Shown: positions 1 to 11,805, counted from the stretch's first letter. The stretch is DNA of 60,000 nucleotides from Squalus acanthias (GCA_030390025.1 CM059438.1:54066001-54126000); one strand, 5' to 3'. Program-made: numbers and translations. Notes: generated by a model not told the origin, from the sequence alone.

Positions 1-1394
1 TACAGGCCAGTGAGCCTAACATCAGTGGTAGGGAAATTATTGGAAAAAATTCTGAGGGACAGAATTAGTCTCCACTTGGAGAGGCAAGGATTAATCAAGG
101 CTAGTCAGCATAGTTTTGTCAGGGGGAGATCATGTCTGACCAATTTGATTGAATTTTTCGAGGGGGTGACTAGGTGTGTGGATGAGGGTAGTGCAGCTGA
201 TGTGGTCTACATGGACTTCAGTAAGGCTTTTGACAAAGTCCTGCATGGGAGACTGGTCAAGAAGGTAAGAGCCCATGGGATCCAGGGCAACTTGGCACAT
301 TGGATCCAAAATTGGCTTAGTGGCAGGAGGCAGAGGGTGATGGTCGAAGGTTGTTTTTGTGACTGGAAGCCTGTGTCCAGTAGTGTACCGCAGGGATCGG
401 TGCTGGGTCCTTTGCTGTTTGTAGTGTACATTAATGATTTAGATATGAATGTAGGAGGCATGATCAGTAAGTTCGCAGATGACACGAAAATTGGTGGGGT
501 GGTAAATAGCGAGGAGGGAAGCCTCAGGCTACAGGACGATATAGATGGGTTGGTCAGATGGGCAGAACAGTGGCAAATGGAATTTAACCCTGAAAAGTGT
601 GAGGTGATGCATTTTGGGAGGACTAACAAGGCAAGGGAATACACAATGAATTGTAGGACCCTAGGAAGGACAGAGGATCAGAGGGACCTTGGTGTGCATG
701 TACATAGACCCCTGAAGGCAGCAGGACAGGTAGATAAGGTGGTTAAGAAGGCATATGGGATACTTGCCTTCATTAGCCGAGGCATAGAATATAAGAGCAG
801 GGAGGTTATGATGGAGCTGTACAAAACGCTAGTTAGGCCACAGCTGGAATACTGTGTGCAGTTCTGGTCACCACACTATAGGAAGGATGTGATTGCATTG
901 GAGAGGGTGCAGAGGAGATTCACCAGGATGTTACCTGGGTTGCAGCGCTTCAGCTATGAAGAGAGACTGGACAGGCTGGGGTTGTTTTCCTTAGAGCAGA
1001 GAAGGCTGAGGGGGGACCTGATTGAGGTGTACAAAATTATGAGGGGCATAGATAGGGTAGATAGAAAGGAACTTTTCCCCTTAGTAGAGGGGTCAATAAC
1101 CAGGGGCATAGTTTCAAGGTAAGGGGCAGGAGGTTTAGAGGGGATTTGAGGAAAAACTTTTTCACCCAGAGGGTGGTTGGAATCTGGATCTCACTGCCTG
1201 AAAGGGTGGTAGAGGCAGGAACCCTCACAATATTCAAGAAGCATTTAGATGAGCACTTGAAATGCCATAGCATACAAGGCTACGGACCAAGTGCTGGAAA
1301 ATGGGATTAGAATAGATAGGGCTTGATGGCCGGCATGGACACGATGGGCCAAAGGGCCTCTTTCTGTGCTGTATAACTCTATGACTCTATGACT
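1..1394 (+). mobile_element. CR1-clade LINE, 3' portion (RT domain, 3'UTR, microsatellite tail)
   Basis: ORF 10..1122 has CR1 RT motifs (YMDFSKAFDKV, VPQGSVLGPLLF, KFADDTK, LEYCVQFW); ends in (ACTCTATG)n-type tail at ~1375-1394. Confidence 0.95.
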
Positions 1395-2130
1395 ATGGTC
1401 CACTCCTCAATCACCCCTAACAGCCCTTCCCCTTCGCCCGGCACCTTCCCGTGCAAGCGCAGGAGATGCAACACCTACCCTTTTACCTCCTCCCTCCCCA
1501 CTGTCCAGGGCCCCAAACACTCCTTCCAGGTGAAACAGCGATTTACTTGTACTTCTTGCAATTTAGTATACTGTATTCGCTGCTCACGATGCGGTCTCCT
1601 CTACGTTGGGGAGACCAAACGCAGATTGGGCGACCGCTTTGCGGAACACCTCCGTTCAGTCCGTAAGGATGACCCTGAGCTTCCGGTCGCCTGTCACTTT
1701 AATTCACCGCTTCACTCCCACTCTGATCTCTCTGTCCTCGGCCTCTTACACTGTTCCAATGAAGCTCAACGTAAGCTCGAGGAACAGCACCTCATCTTTC
1801 GATTAGGCACTTTACAGCCTCTGGACTCAACACTGAGTTCAACAATTTGAAACTATAACCCCTGCCCCCATTTTTCAAGCTATATGATTTTGCCATTCCC
1901 ATTTGCAATATTTTATCTTTCCTGCCTCTTACATAAGCACAGTATGGTCCTTCAATTCCTTCCTCCCCTCCCACCACCCCACTGTCTCTGCACCTGCTTA
2001 ATATCTGTTTCATCTCCAGCTTTTTCCAGTTCTGATGAAGGGTCCCAGACCTGAAACGTTAACTCTGTTTCTCTCTCCACAGATGCTGCCTGGCCTGCTG
2101 AGTGTTTCCAGCATTTTATGTTGTTATTTC
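1395..2130 (+). mobile_element. Penelope-like element, family B (5'-truncated): GIY-YIG endonuclease end plus 3' pseudo-LTR region
   Basis: ORF 1389..1850 contains NLVYCIRC..C...LYVGETKRRL..RF.EH and HFN motifs typical of the Penelope GIY-YIG domain; followed by a hammerhead-like motif. Confidence 0.9.
2028..2064 (+). ncRNA. Minimal type I hammerhead ribozyme motif (PLE family B)
   Basis: AGTT-CTGATGA-A-GGGTC(CCA)GACCT-GAAACGTT-AACT: helix I AGTT/AACT, CUGANGA and GAAA cores, helix II hairpin, palindromic AACGTT helix III. Confidence 0.75.
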
Positions 2131-2251
2131 AGGAGGACTTATTTGGGTTGGTGAAATGGGCAGACACATGGCAAATAAAATTTAATGCTGTTAAGTGTGA
2201 AGTGATGCACTCTGGGAGAAACAACATGGAGAGGCAGTATAATCTAAATGG

Positions 2252-2387
2252 CACAAAAGCAAAATACTGCGGATGCTGGAAATCTGAAATAAAAACAGAA
2301 AATGCTGGAAATACTCAGCAGGTCAGGCAGCATCTGTGGAGAGAGAAACAGAGTTAACATTTCAGGTCGATGACCCTTCGTCAGAAC
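2252..2387 (-). mobile_element. Short Penelope family B terminal fragment with hammerhead motif
   Basis: Flanked by 13-bp TSD ATAATCTAAATGG (2239-2251, 2388-2400); reverse strand reads GTT-CTGACGA-A-GGGTC(ATC)GACCT-GAAATGTT-AAC. Confidence 0.85.
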
Positions 2388-2581
2388 ATAATCTAAATGG
2401 TACTATTTTGAGGCGGGGGGTGGGGGTGCAAGAACGGAGGGACTTTAGGGTGCATATTCACAAATCCTTGAAGGTGGCACGGCAAATCGATAAGGCAGTT
2501 AAGAAAGCATATGGGATACTTGGCTTTGTAAATAGGGAGGTCGCACAACACCAGGTTATAGTCCAACAGTTTTATTTGAAA

Positions 2582-2619
2582 TCACAAGCTTTCGGAACTA
2601 TCGCTCCTTCCTCAGGTGA
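2582..2619 (-). ncRNA. Minimal hammerhead ribozyme motif (PLE family A, inverted arm)
   Basis: Reverse complement of 3582-3619. Confidence 0.7.
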
Positions 2620-3581
2620 AGTAAATTGGATACAGAATCGTCAGAGCATATATAGATGGAAAAAAAAGCATGTGTACTTTACAATTGCAGACCAATAAAT
2701 TAAATCATCCTGACTATCTGCCGAGGTGTGATAAAGTTAATTAAGTCAGCCAGGAAGGTACCACATCAAAAGACATAGCAAGATACAACTGAGACAATGA
2801 GGTGAAGTCGCAGGGGTTCTAACGTGTCAAAAGCTGCCGTCTGTATGTAAAACGAAAAGCTTTAAAAAAAAAAAAAAAATTTACTTTTTTACTGGGAAAA
2901 TTTTTACTTTTTTACTGGGAATCACATCTGTGAACAAGCTAACGACGACTCGAGTCCGGATCACGTCATGTATCGTGACATAAACCCAAGATCCCGATTG
3001 AGACCGTCTTCATGAGTGCAGAACTTGGCTATCAGTTTCTGCTCGATGATTTTGCGTTGTCGTGTGTTTCTAAGGTTGCCTTGGAGAACGCTTACCCGCA
3101 GATCCGAGGCTGAATGTCCTTGACTGCTGAAGTGTTCCCCGACTGGGAAAATCATCGAGCAGAAACTGATAGCCAAGTTCTGCACTCATGAAGACGGTCT
3201 CAATCGGGATCTTGGGTTTATGTCACGATACATGACGTGATCCGGACTCGAGTCGTCGTTAGCTTGTTCACAGATGTGATTCCCAGTAAAAAAGTAAAAA
3301 TTTTCCCAGTAAAAAAGTAAATTTTTTTTTTTTTTTTAAAGCTTTTCGTTTTACATACAGACGGCAGCTTTTGACACGTTAGAACCCCTGCGACTTCACC
3401 TCATTGTCTCAGTTGTATCTTGCTATGTCTTTTGATGTGGTACCTTCCTGGCTGACTTAATTAACTTTATCACACCTCGGCAGATAGTCAGGATGATTTA
3501 ATTTATTGGTCTGCAATTGTAAAGTACACATGCTTTTTTTTCCATCTATATATGCTCTGACGATTCTGTATCCAATTTACT

Positions 3582-3619
3582 TCACCTGAGGAAGGAGCGA
3601 TAGTTCCGAAAGCTTGTGA
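3582..3619 (+). ncRNA. Minimal hammerhead ribozyme motif (PLE family A)
   Basis: TCAC-CTGAGGA-A-GGAGC(GATA)GTTCC-GAAAGCTT-GTGA: helix I TCAC/GTGA, conserved cores, palindromic AAGCTT helix III. Confidence 0.7.
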
Positions 3620-4307
3620 TTTCAAATAAAACTGTTGGACTATAACCTGGTGTTGTGCGACCTCTCAATTTTGTCCACCCCAGTCCAACACCGGCATCTC
3701 CGCATCATGATTTGTAAATAGGGGCATTGAATACAAAAACAAGGAAGTCACGCTAAACCTTTACAAATCACTGGTTAAGCCTCAGCTGGAGTATTGTGTA
3801 CAGTTCTGGGTGCCACACTTTAGGAAGGATGTTGAGGTCTTGGAGAGGGTACAGAGGAGGTTTACCAGGATGATATCAGGGATGAGGGAGTTCAGTTATG
3901 TAGAGCGATTGGAGAAGCTGAGATTGTTCTCCTTAGAGCAGAGAAGGTTAAGAAGAGACCTAATAGAGGCATTCAAAATTATGAGGGGTTTTGATAGAGC
4001 AAGTAGGGAGAAGCGGTTTCCTCTGGCAAGTGGGTTGGTAACCAGAGGTCACAGATTTAAAATAATTGACAAAAGAACTATGGGGAAATGAGGAGAAATT
4101 TCACACAGTGGGTTGTGGGAGTGGAAGGGGAGAGCCATTAATTGGATAACTCTACCAAAGAAGCAGGATGGGCTGAATGGCCTCCTTCTGTGTTATAGCG
4201 TTCTGTGATTCTATGAGAGTTGTTATGATCTGGAACCCGCTACCAGATTCCATAGGAGCTTTCAAAAGGCAATTGGACATGTACTTGAAGAGGACTAATT
4301 TTGCAGG

Positions 4308-4580
4308 ACAACAACAAAAAACACTGGAAAAACTCAGCAGGCCAGGCAGCATCCGTGGAGAGAGAAACAGAGTTAACGTTTCAGGTTGAAGACCTTTCGT
4401 CAGAACTGGAAAAAAGCAGGAAATGAAATAGATTTAAAGCAAGGATAATGCTGGGAAAAGGGGGAGGGGATGAAAGAACAAAAGGGAAGGTCAGTGGTGG
4501 GATAGAAAGCAGGAGAGATTAAGAGACATTAAGAGATAATCAAGGCAAGAGGAGGTGGTAATGTGACAGGTAGAGGCTAG
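4308..4580 (-). mobile_element. Penelope family B terminal fragment; hammerhead motif at 4371-4407
   Basis: 10-bp TSD ATTTTGCAGG (4298-4307, 4581-4590); reverse strand AGTT-CTGACGA-A-AGGTC(TTC)AACCT-GAAACGTT-AACT. Confidence 0.8.
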
Positions 4581-4699
4581 ATTTTGCAGGGTTATGGGAT
4601 GTGGGACTAATTGGATAGGGCTTTCAAAGAGCCGGCACAGGCATGACAGGTCGCAAGGCCTCTTTCTGTTCATTTCCCATACACTTGCAGCACCGAAGA

Positions 4700-5330
4700 T
4701 TTTCAGACACCACGTGTGGAGGCGGGAATAGAACGCTGAGGGACTCGCTGATTGACAGTCAGCTGGCCAATCACAGCGCGGCTCCGCTCTGTTTGACGCT
4801 CCACCTGGCAACGTGGCACGTGATCCAGCTGGCCCGGGGCCGCTCGCTGATTGGCGGATATGCGCGGGCGCGGTGGGTGCGCGCCCTGGGGGCGGGGCCA
4901 CGGAAACAGCAAGATGGCGACTGCGGAGCCGGCAGCAGTGGTGGAGCCGGTGAGAGGGCGCAGGCCGAGCTCGGCCGGGGAGGGGAGAGGGGCTCTGTCT
5001 GGTCCTCGGCCGGGCCTGTCTGCTTGGTCTGTGCCGGTTTGGTTCACGGTCCAACCCCGGCCCCTCGCTGGCCAGGCGTGGGTTGCGCCTGGCCTGGTCG
5101 AGCCAGGCCGGGCCGGGCCCAGTTGTCGCCGGTACCTAAGGCGAACCCTGAAGCTCTGTACTAGGGGGCTGGTTCTCACTGCTCGCCCCCCCGGGTCAGT
5201 GGGAGAGGCGGGTTACCCGCAGTAACCGGGCCCGGAGCGTCACAAACTCCAGGGGCGGGCTCAGGGCTCATGGCACGACCGCAGGCCCCGGGGTGGGGTG
5301 TACTACTGCAGTCCGGGGGCTGATGGAGGA
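4700..5330 (+). promoter_or_regulatory. CpG-island promoter and first exon region of eif4e1c
   Basis: CpG-dense; E-boxes CACGTG 4711-4716 and 4817-4822; E2F-like GGCGGGAA 4721-4728; CCAAT 4767-4771 and ATTGG 4850-4854; GC box 4889-4898; YY1-like AAGATGGCG over the start codon. Confidence 0.85.
4914..4949 (+). CDS. eif4e1c: eIF4E-1C coding exon 1 (MATAEPAAVVEP)
   Basis: Good Kozak AAGATGG; resembles the eIF4E1 N-terminus MATVEP; donor GTGAGA at 4950, phase 0 matches exon 2. Confidence 0.88.
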
Positions 5331-5389
5331 GAAGAGTGGAGTGCAGGGGCTCTTCGGGTGGGGGCAGGGCTGAGCTCGGGTGGTGGGAT

Positions 5390-6680
5390 GGGATGGCGAA
5401 GGGATTAGCTGGGCGTGGGGGGATGGGGGTGAGCTGGAGCGTGGGGGGGATGGGGTGAGCCGGGGCGTGGGGGGATGGGATGGGTGAACCGGGGCGTGGG
5501 GGGATGGGATGGGGTGAACCGGGCTTGGGGGGGGGGGATGGGATGGGCTGAGCCGGGCTTGGGGGGGGGATGGGATGGGCTGAGCCGGGGCTTGGGGGGG
5601 GGATGGGATGGGCTGAGCCGGGGCTTGGGGGGGGGGGGATGGGATGGGCTGAGCCGGGGCTTGGGGGGGGGGGGGGGATGGGATGGGCTGAGCCGGGGCT
5701 TGGGGGGGGGATGGGATGGGCTGAGCCGGGCTTGGGGGGGGATGGGATGGGATGAGCCGGGGCGTGGGGGGGATGGGATGAGCCGGGGAGGGATGGGATG
5801 AGCCGGGGCGTGGGGGGGATGAGCCGGGGCGGCGGGGGGGATGGATGGGATGAGCGGGGGGATGGGATGGGATGAGCCGGGGCGTGGGGGGGATGGGATG
5901 AGCCGGGGATGGGATGGGATGAGCCGGGGCGTGGGGGGGATGAGCCGGGGCGCGGGGGGGATGGGATGGGATGAGGCGGGGGGGATGGGATGGGATGAGC
6001 CGGGGCGCGGGGGGGATGGGATGGGATGAGCCGGGGCGCGGGGGGATGGGATGAGCCGGGGCGCGGGGGGGATGGGATGAGCCGGGGCGCGGGGGGGTGG
6101 GATGAGCCGGGGCGCGGGGGGATGGGATGAGCCGGGGCGCGGGGGGGGTGGTGGGATGGGATGAGCCGGGGCGCGGGGGGGGATGGGATGGGATGAGCCG
6201 GGGCGCGGGGGGGATGGGATGGGATGAGCCGGGGCGCGGGGGGGATGGGATGTGGGGGGGATGGGATGGGATGAGCCGGGGCGTGGGGGGGAGGGTGATG
6301 GGTGAGCCGGGGCGTGGGGGGGATGGGATGGGATGAGCCGGGGCGTGGGGGGGATGGGATGGGATGAGCCGGGGCGTGGGGGGGGATGGGATGGGATGAG
6401 TGGGGGGGATGGGATGGGATGAGCCGGGGCGTGGGGGGGGATGGGATGAGCCGGGGCGTGGGGGGGATGGGATGAGCCGGGGCGTGGGGGGGATGGGGTG
6501 AGCCGGGGCGTGGGGGGATGGGATGGGATGAGCGGGGGGGATGGGATGAGCTGGGGGGTGATGGGGTGAGCTGGGGCGTGGGGGGATGGGGTGAGCTGGG
6601 GCGTGGGGGGGATGGGGTGAGCTGGGGCGTGTGCTGGGGCGGGGGGGGGGGGGATGAGGTGCGGCGGGGGGGGTGACTAA
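5390..6680 (+). repeat. G-rich minisatellite (GGGAT)n-GAGCCGGGGCG(T/C)GGGGG, G-quadruplex prone
   Basis: Tandem variable units read directly; produces spurious Gly/Pro ORFs. Confidence 0.95.
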
Positions 6681-6681
6681 A

Positions 6682-7140
6682 GGGATACGGTAGCATTGTG
6701 GTTTTGTTACTGGCCGAGTAATCCAGAGGTCTGGACTAATGATCCGGAGACCTGAGTTCAAATCCCACCACGGCAACTGGGGAATTTAAATTCAATTAAT
6801 TTAATTAATTGAATAAAAAGCTAGTATCAGTAATAACTACCATGAAACTGTCATTGTTGCAAAAATCCATCTGGTTCACTAATGTCCTTTTAGGGAAGGA
6901 AATCTTACCTGGTCTGGCCTATATGTAACTCCAGACAACCCACAGCCATGTGGTCGGCTCTTAACTGCCCTTTGGCCTAGCAAGCCACTCAGTTGTAACA
7001 AACTGCTGCAAAGAAGTATCATGGACTGCAGTGGTTCAAGAAGGCGACTCACCACCACCTTCCCAAGGGCAATTAGGGATGGGCAATAAATGCTGGCCTT
7101 GCCAGCAACGCCCACATCCTGTGAACGAATGAAAAAATAC
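6682..7140 (+). mobile_element. tRNA-derived SINE sharing its body and 3' tail with the LINE at 46520-49575
   Basis: A-box-like TAGCATTGTGG 6691-6701; B-box GAGTTCAAATCCC 6754-6766; tail GGGCAATTAGGGATGGGCAATAAATGCTGGCC. Confidence 0.85.
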
Positions 7141-7149
7141 AAAAGAAAA

Positions 7150-8775
7150 ATCGTGATAACGTAGGGGCACTATTATTTATATTTATTAGAAAAAGGAATA
7201 GTGCCAGAGGACTAGCGAACAGCTAATGTTGATCCTCTATAAAAAGGGCGATAGAAGTCGTCCAGGGGACTATAGACCAGTTAGCTTAATGTGGTGGTAG
7301 AAACGATAATGGACTCTTTACTCAAAGATGCAATAGAAAAAATCTAGAAACTGAAAGAATAGTCAGCACGGATTTCAGAAGGGAAGACCAAACTTATTGA
7401 ATTCTTTGAAGAAGTAACAGAGTAGATAAGGGTAAAACAGTAGATAAAAACTTGCATTTATATCGACCTCAGGACATCCCAAAGCGCTTTACAGCCAATG
7501 AAGTACTTTTTGAAGTGTAGTCACTGTTGTAATGTAGGAAACGCGGCAGCCAATTTGCGCACAGCAAGCTCCCACAAACAGCAATGTGATAACGACCAGA
7601 TAATCTGTTTTTAGTGATGTTGATTGAGGGATAAATATTGGCCAGGACACTGGGGATAACTCCCCTACTCTTCTTCGAAATAGTGCCATAGGATCTTTTA
7701 CGTCCAACTGAGAGAGCTTGGTATAACATCTCATCTGAAAGACGGCATTCCCTCAGTACTGTAATGGAGCGTCAGCCTAGATCTTTGTGCTCAAGTCTCT
7801 GGAGTGGGACTTGAACCTTCCTACTCAGGCAAGAATACTATCAACTGAGCCATGGTTGACAATGTAATATGTTTGGAGTTTCAAAAGGGCTTCGATAAGA
7901 CTCCGCATAGTAGACTCATGACTACGGTCATTTGGAGTCACGGGGCAGGTAGCAGAATGTTTAGCAAGCTGGCTGCAAAACAGAAACCAGCATCCGCAGT
8001 ATTTTGCTATTGTATTAGGTTAAGGGTAGTTGATGAGACTGGAAAAAGGTGGGAAGTGCCGTTCCACAGGGATCAGTGCTGGGGTCTGGAATTGGAAGTA
8101 CAGTTTCAAAATTTGTGGACGACACTAAATTTGGGGGATGTAGTTAATACTGAGGAAGACTGCCAAAATACAAGATGTTAATAAACTTGCAGAATGGGTA
8201 GGTAATTGGCAAATGAAGTTCAATATAGATAAATGTGAGGTGGTGCATTTTGGTAGGAAGAATAAGGAGGCCACATTCACCTTGGGGAAAATAAGAGATG
8301 GGGTGGAGGAGGAAAGTGATCTAGGGGTACAGATACACATCAGTAAAATTAGTGACTCAGGTTAATGAGGCCATTTAAAAAAAAAAAGCAAACAAAGCAC
8401 TGAGGTTCATTTCTAGAGGAATAGAATTGAAAGCATATAAGTTATGTTAAACTTGTATCGAAACTTGGAGTACTGTGCACAGTTCTAGTCTCCATATTAC
8501 CAAAAAGATAGAGGCACTGGAGAAAGTACAAAACAGATGGTGCAGGATTATGCCAGAACACAGGTTATACCCATCAGGAAAGATTGAACAGGCTGGGGCT
8601 TTTCTCTAGACACGAGAAGGCTGAGGGATGACCCGATAGAGGTCTTTAAAATGATGAAAGCGTTTGATAGGGCAAACATAGAAAAGATGTTCCCACTTGT
8701 GGGAGAATCCAGAACTGGGGGCCATAAATATAAGATAGTCGCTAATAAATCCAATAGGGAATTCAGGAGAAACCT
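7150..8775 (+). mobile_element. Decayed CR1 LINE RT fragments, interrupted by a SINE
   Basis: Frameshifted RT peptides (EFQKGFDK, WQMKFNIDKCEV, MFPLVGESRT). Confidence 0.8.
7446..7852 (-). mobile_element. DeuSINE (SacSINE1/AmnSINE1-like) with L2-type tail
   Basis: Deu-domain-like segment (AATAGTGCCAT.GGATCTTTTACGTCCA.CTGAGAG) recognised from memory; tail ATAAATGCAAG shared with the L2 end at ~19245; related copies at ~13945-14270 and 52440-52640. Confidence 0.7.
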
Positions 8776-8924
8776 CTGGGGTGGGTGGGGGGAGGAGCGG
8801 CAGGCAATGTTCCATGATCGTGTGGCGCCGCGCAGGCTAATCACCAGCCGCTGCCGCTGGAAAAGGTACCTTGCATGCGCGGCCGCAGAGCCTGCGCAAG
8901 GAAAAACATTAGAGGAAATGTCGG

Positions 8925-10735
8925 GAGTGGTGGGAGGTGAGCTGTGATGGAGGGGTTGTTGCGGGGGGGAGGGGGCTGTGATGGAGGGGTTGTTGGGGGG
9001 GGGAGGGGGCTGTGATGGAGGGGTTGTTGGGGGGGGAGGGGGCTGTGATGGAGGGGTTGTTGGGGGGGGAGGGGGCTGTGATGGAGGGGTTGTTGGTGGG
9101 GGAGGGGGCTGTGATGGAGGGGTTGTTGGTGGGGGGGGCTGGATGGAGGGGTTGTTGCGGGGGAGGGGGCTGTGATGGAGGGGTTGTTGGGGGGGGAGGG
9201 GGCTGTGATGGAGGGGTTGTTGGTGGGGGAGGGGGCTGTGATGGAGGGGTTGTTGGTGGGGGAGGGGGCTGTGATGGAGGGGTTGTTGGTGGGGGGGGCT
9301 GGGATGGAGGGGTTGTTGCGGGGGAGGAGTCGGGCTGTGATGGAGGGGTTGTTGCGGGGGAGGAGTCGGGCTGTGATGGAGGGGTTGTTGCGGGGGAGGG
9401 GTCGGGCTGGGATGGAGGGGTTGTTGGGGGAGGGGGCTGGGATGGAGGGGTTGTTGGGGTCGGGGGGCTGGGATGGAGGGGTTGTTGGGGAGGGGGCTGG
9501 GATGGAGGGGTTGTTGGGGGAGGGGGTTGGGATGGAGGGGTTGTTGGGGGAGGGGGCTGGGATGGAGGGGTTGTTGGGGGAGGGGGCTGGGATGGAGGGG
9601 TTGTTGGGGGAGGGGGCTGGGATGGAGGGGTTGTTGGTGTCGGGGGGGGGGGAGTCGGGGTTGTTGGGGGCGGGGGGGGTGGGAGTCGGGGTTGTTGGGG
9701 GCGGGGGGGGTGGGAGTCGGGGTTGTTGGGGGCGGGGGGGTGGGAGTTGGGGTTGTTGGGGGCGGGGGGGGAGTCGGGGTTGTTGGGGGCGGCGGGGGGA
9801 ATCGGGGGCGGGGGGTTGTTGGGGGAGTCGGGGGCGGGGGGGGTGGGAGTCGGGGTTGTTGGGGGCGGGGGGGGTGGGAGTCGGGGTTGTTGGGGGCGGG
9901 GGGGGTGGGAGTCGGGGTTGTTGGGGGCGGCGGGGGGAGTCGGGGTTGTTGGGGGCGGGGGGGGGAGTCGGGGTTGTTGGGGGCGGTGGGGGGAGTCGGG
10001 GTTGTTGGGGGCGGGGGGGGGAGTCGGGGTTGTTGGGGGAGTCGGGGTTGTTGGGGGCGGCGGGGGGAGTCGGGGTTGTTGGGGGCGGGGGGGGAGTCGG
10101 GGTTGTTGGGGGGTGGGGGAGTCGGGGTTGTTGGGGGCGGGGGGGGGAGTCGGGGTTGTTGGGGGCGGGGGGGGAGTCGGGGTTGTTGGGGGAGTCGGGG
10201 TTGTTGGGGGCGGGGGTGAGTCGGGGTTGTTGGGGGCGGGGGGCTGGGATGGAGGGGTTGTTGGGGGGAGTCGGGGTTGTTGGGGGCGGGGGGTGAGTCG
10301 GGGTTGTTGGGGGAGGGGGGCTGGGATGGAGGGGTTGTTGGGGGCGGGGGGGAGTCGGGGTTGTTGGGGGAGGGGGGCTGGGATGGAGGGGTTGTTGGGC
10401 GGGGGCTGGGATGAAGGGGTTGTTGGGGGGGCGCGGGGGGGGCTGGGATGGAGGGGTTGTTGGGGGAGTCTGGGATGGAGGGGTTGTTGGTGTCAGGGTC
10501 GGGAGGCTGGGATGGAGGGGTTGTTGGGGGAGGGGGGCTGGGATGGAGGGGTTGTTGGGGGAGGGGGGCTGGGATGGAGGGGTTGTTGTTGTTGTTGTTG
10601 CGGGGGGAGTCTGGGATGGAGGGGTTGTTGGGGGAGGGGGGCTGGGATGGAGGGGTTGTTGTTGTTGTTGTTGCGGGGGGGCGGCGGGGGGAGTCTGGGA
10701 TGGAGGGGTTGTTGGGGGCGGGGGTTGGATGGTGA
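8925..10735 (+). repeat. Compound G-rich minisatellite (GGGATGGAGGGGTTGTTGGGGG and GGAGTCGGGGTTGTTGGGGGCG units)
   Basis: Tandem units read directly; unit type changes in blocks along the array. Confidence 0.95.
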
Positions 10736-11514
10736 GTTGGGAATTTGGGCAGGTCAGGTGAAATTGCCTGAGAATTTAAATGTACGCCGGACTGGCAGAA
10801 TAGCAGGTGCAGCAGTGGTGCTGGCCGTCGGGAGCATTGCGAGAGGCAGAGTGTCCGTGCCACTGTCTGGAGTGTAACCAGCTACAGGCTGACTGGGCAG
10901 ATTTGTACACTGGTGAGGTGCAATGATTAGTATACCCAATTGGCCATATAAACGCCAGGCCAACGACGTGAACATGGTAAAGCCAGCCCTCTGCAAGGAA
11001 GAAGGGGCACTCCGTATCATTGCCCCAGAGGGAGAGCAAGACTGGTCCTTCAGTCGACAGGATCACTGATTATTTCCCACAGAGCACGAAAGGAAATTAC
11101 TGTTGGGTTTTGCCCACTTGCACATAGGCAAACATGGAGACTTCAAACCCAGGACACTGCGTACTGAGTTCCCACACTGTGAGAGAGGCACAGGAGATGT
11201 CGGACCTGTGAGTAATACTGCCGTTCCCTGGCAAATGGTGCTGGTCCCCAGGAAAAAGAGCACGTGGTTCTGTGTAGATTATTGTAAACTTAGTGATTTG
11301 ACAGAGGCAGATGCTGGAGGAGATGCTATATAACCGAGAGCACCACTAATGACTCTGGACCCAACTGAAGGGTATTGACTGGTTCCACTCAGTGCCGAAG
11401 CTCAGGTGGGCTGCAGGAGTTCTCAAATCAGGCCTTTCAGAATGAAAAGTGCATCCGCCATGTTCCAGCAACTGGTGCATTGCATCTCGGCCGTGCTGGG
11501 GGACCCGGACTGGG

Positions 11515-11805
11515 TCAGGAATCCTGTCCTGACCCGGGCTGGGGATCCTGTTGTGTCCTGTCCTGACCCGGGCTGGGGATCCTGTTGTGTCCTGTCCTGA
11601 CCCGGGCTGGGGATCCTGTTGTGTCCTGTCCTGACCCGGGCTGGGGATCCTGTTGTGTCCTGTCCTGACCCGGGCTGGGGATCCTGTTGTGTCCTGTCCT
11701 GACCCGGGCTGGGGATCCTGTTGTGTCCTGTCCTGACCCGGGCTGGGGATCCTGTTGTGTCCTGTCCTGACCGGGCTGGGGATCCTGTTGTGTCCTGTCC
11801 TGACT
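11515..11805 (+). repeat. 34-bp minisatellite, ~8 copies (TGACCCGGGCTGGGGATCCTGTTGTGTCCTGTCC)
   Basis: Near-identical tandem units. Confidence 0.95.

Larger units (their letters stand above)
2537..3710. mobile_element. Penelope-like element, family A, inserted as an inverted duplication (arms 2537-3053 and 3148-3664, 94-bp spacer, ~46-bp tail)
   Basis: Arms are reverse complements; minus-strand ORF 2961..3185 encodes a GIY-YIG C-terminus (VGEHF...EQKLIAKF..HEDGLNRD); TSD TTTGTAAATAGG(G) at 2525-2537 and 3711-3723. Confidence 0.92.
2131..4665 (+). mobile_element. Decayed CR1 LINE 3' part, host to three Penelope insertions
   Basis: RT C-terminal peptides (KWADTWQIKFNAVKC, KAYGILGFVNR|GIEYK, LERVQRRFTRMI) resume across each insertion. 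Confidence 0.85.

Noticed and set aside
2537..3664. Inverted repeat as DNA-transposon terminal inverted repeats (MITE or foldback)
   Set aside because: Arms contain Penelope GIY-YIG coding and pseudo-LTR sequence, and an asymmetric tail lies inside the TSD
4491..5225. Overlapping ORFs across the first CpG island
   Set aside because: GC-rich stop-poor sequence; only 4914-4949 fits the spliced eIF4E frame
6682..6780. Possible tRNA gene
   Set aside because: A/B boxes belong to a SINE head that continues into the SINE body and LINE tail; no clean cloverleaf
5176..10877. Long Pro-rich and Gly-rich ORFs of 250-770 aa
   Set aside because: They are translations of G-rich minisatellites, open on both strands and in several frames
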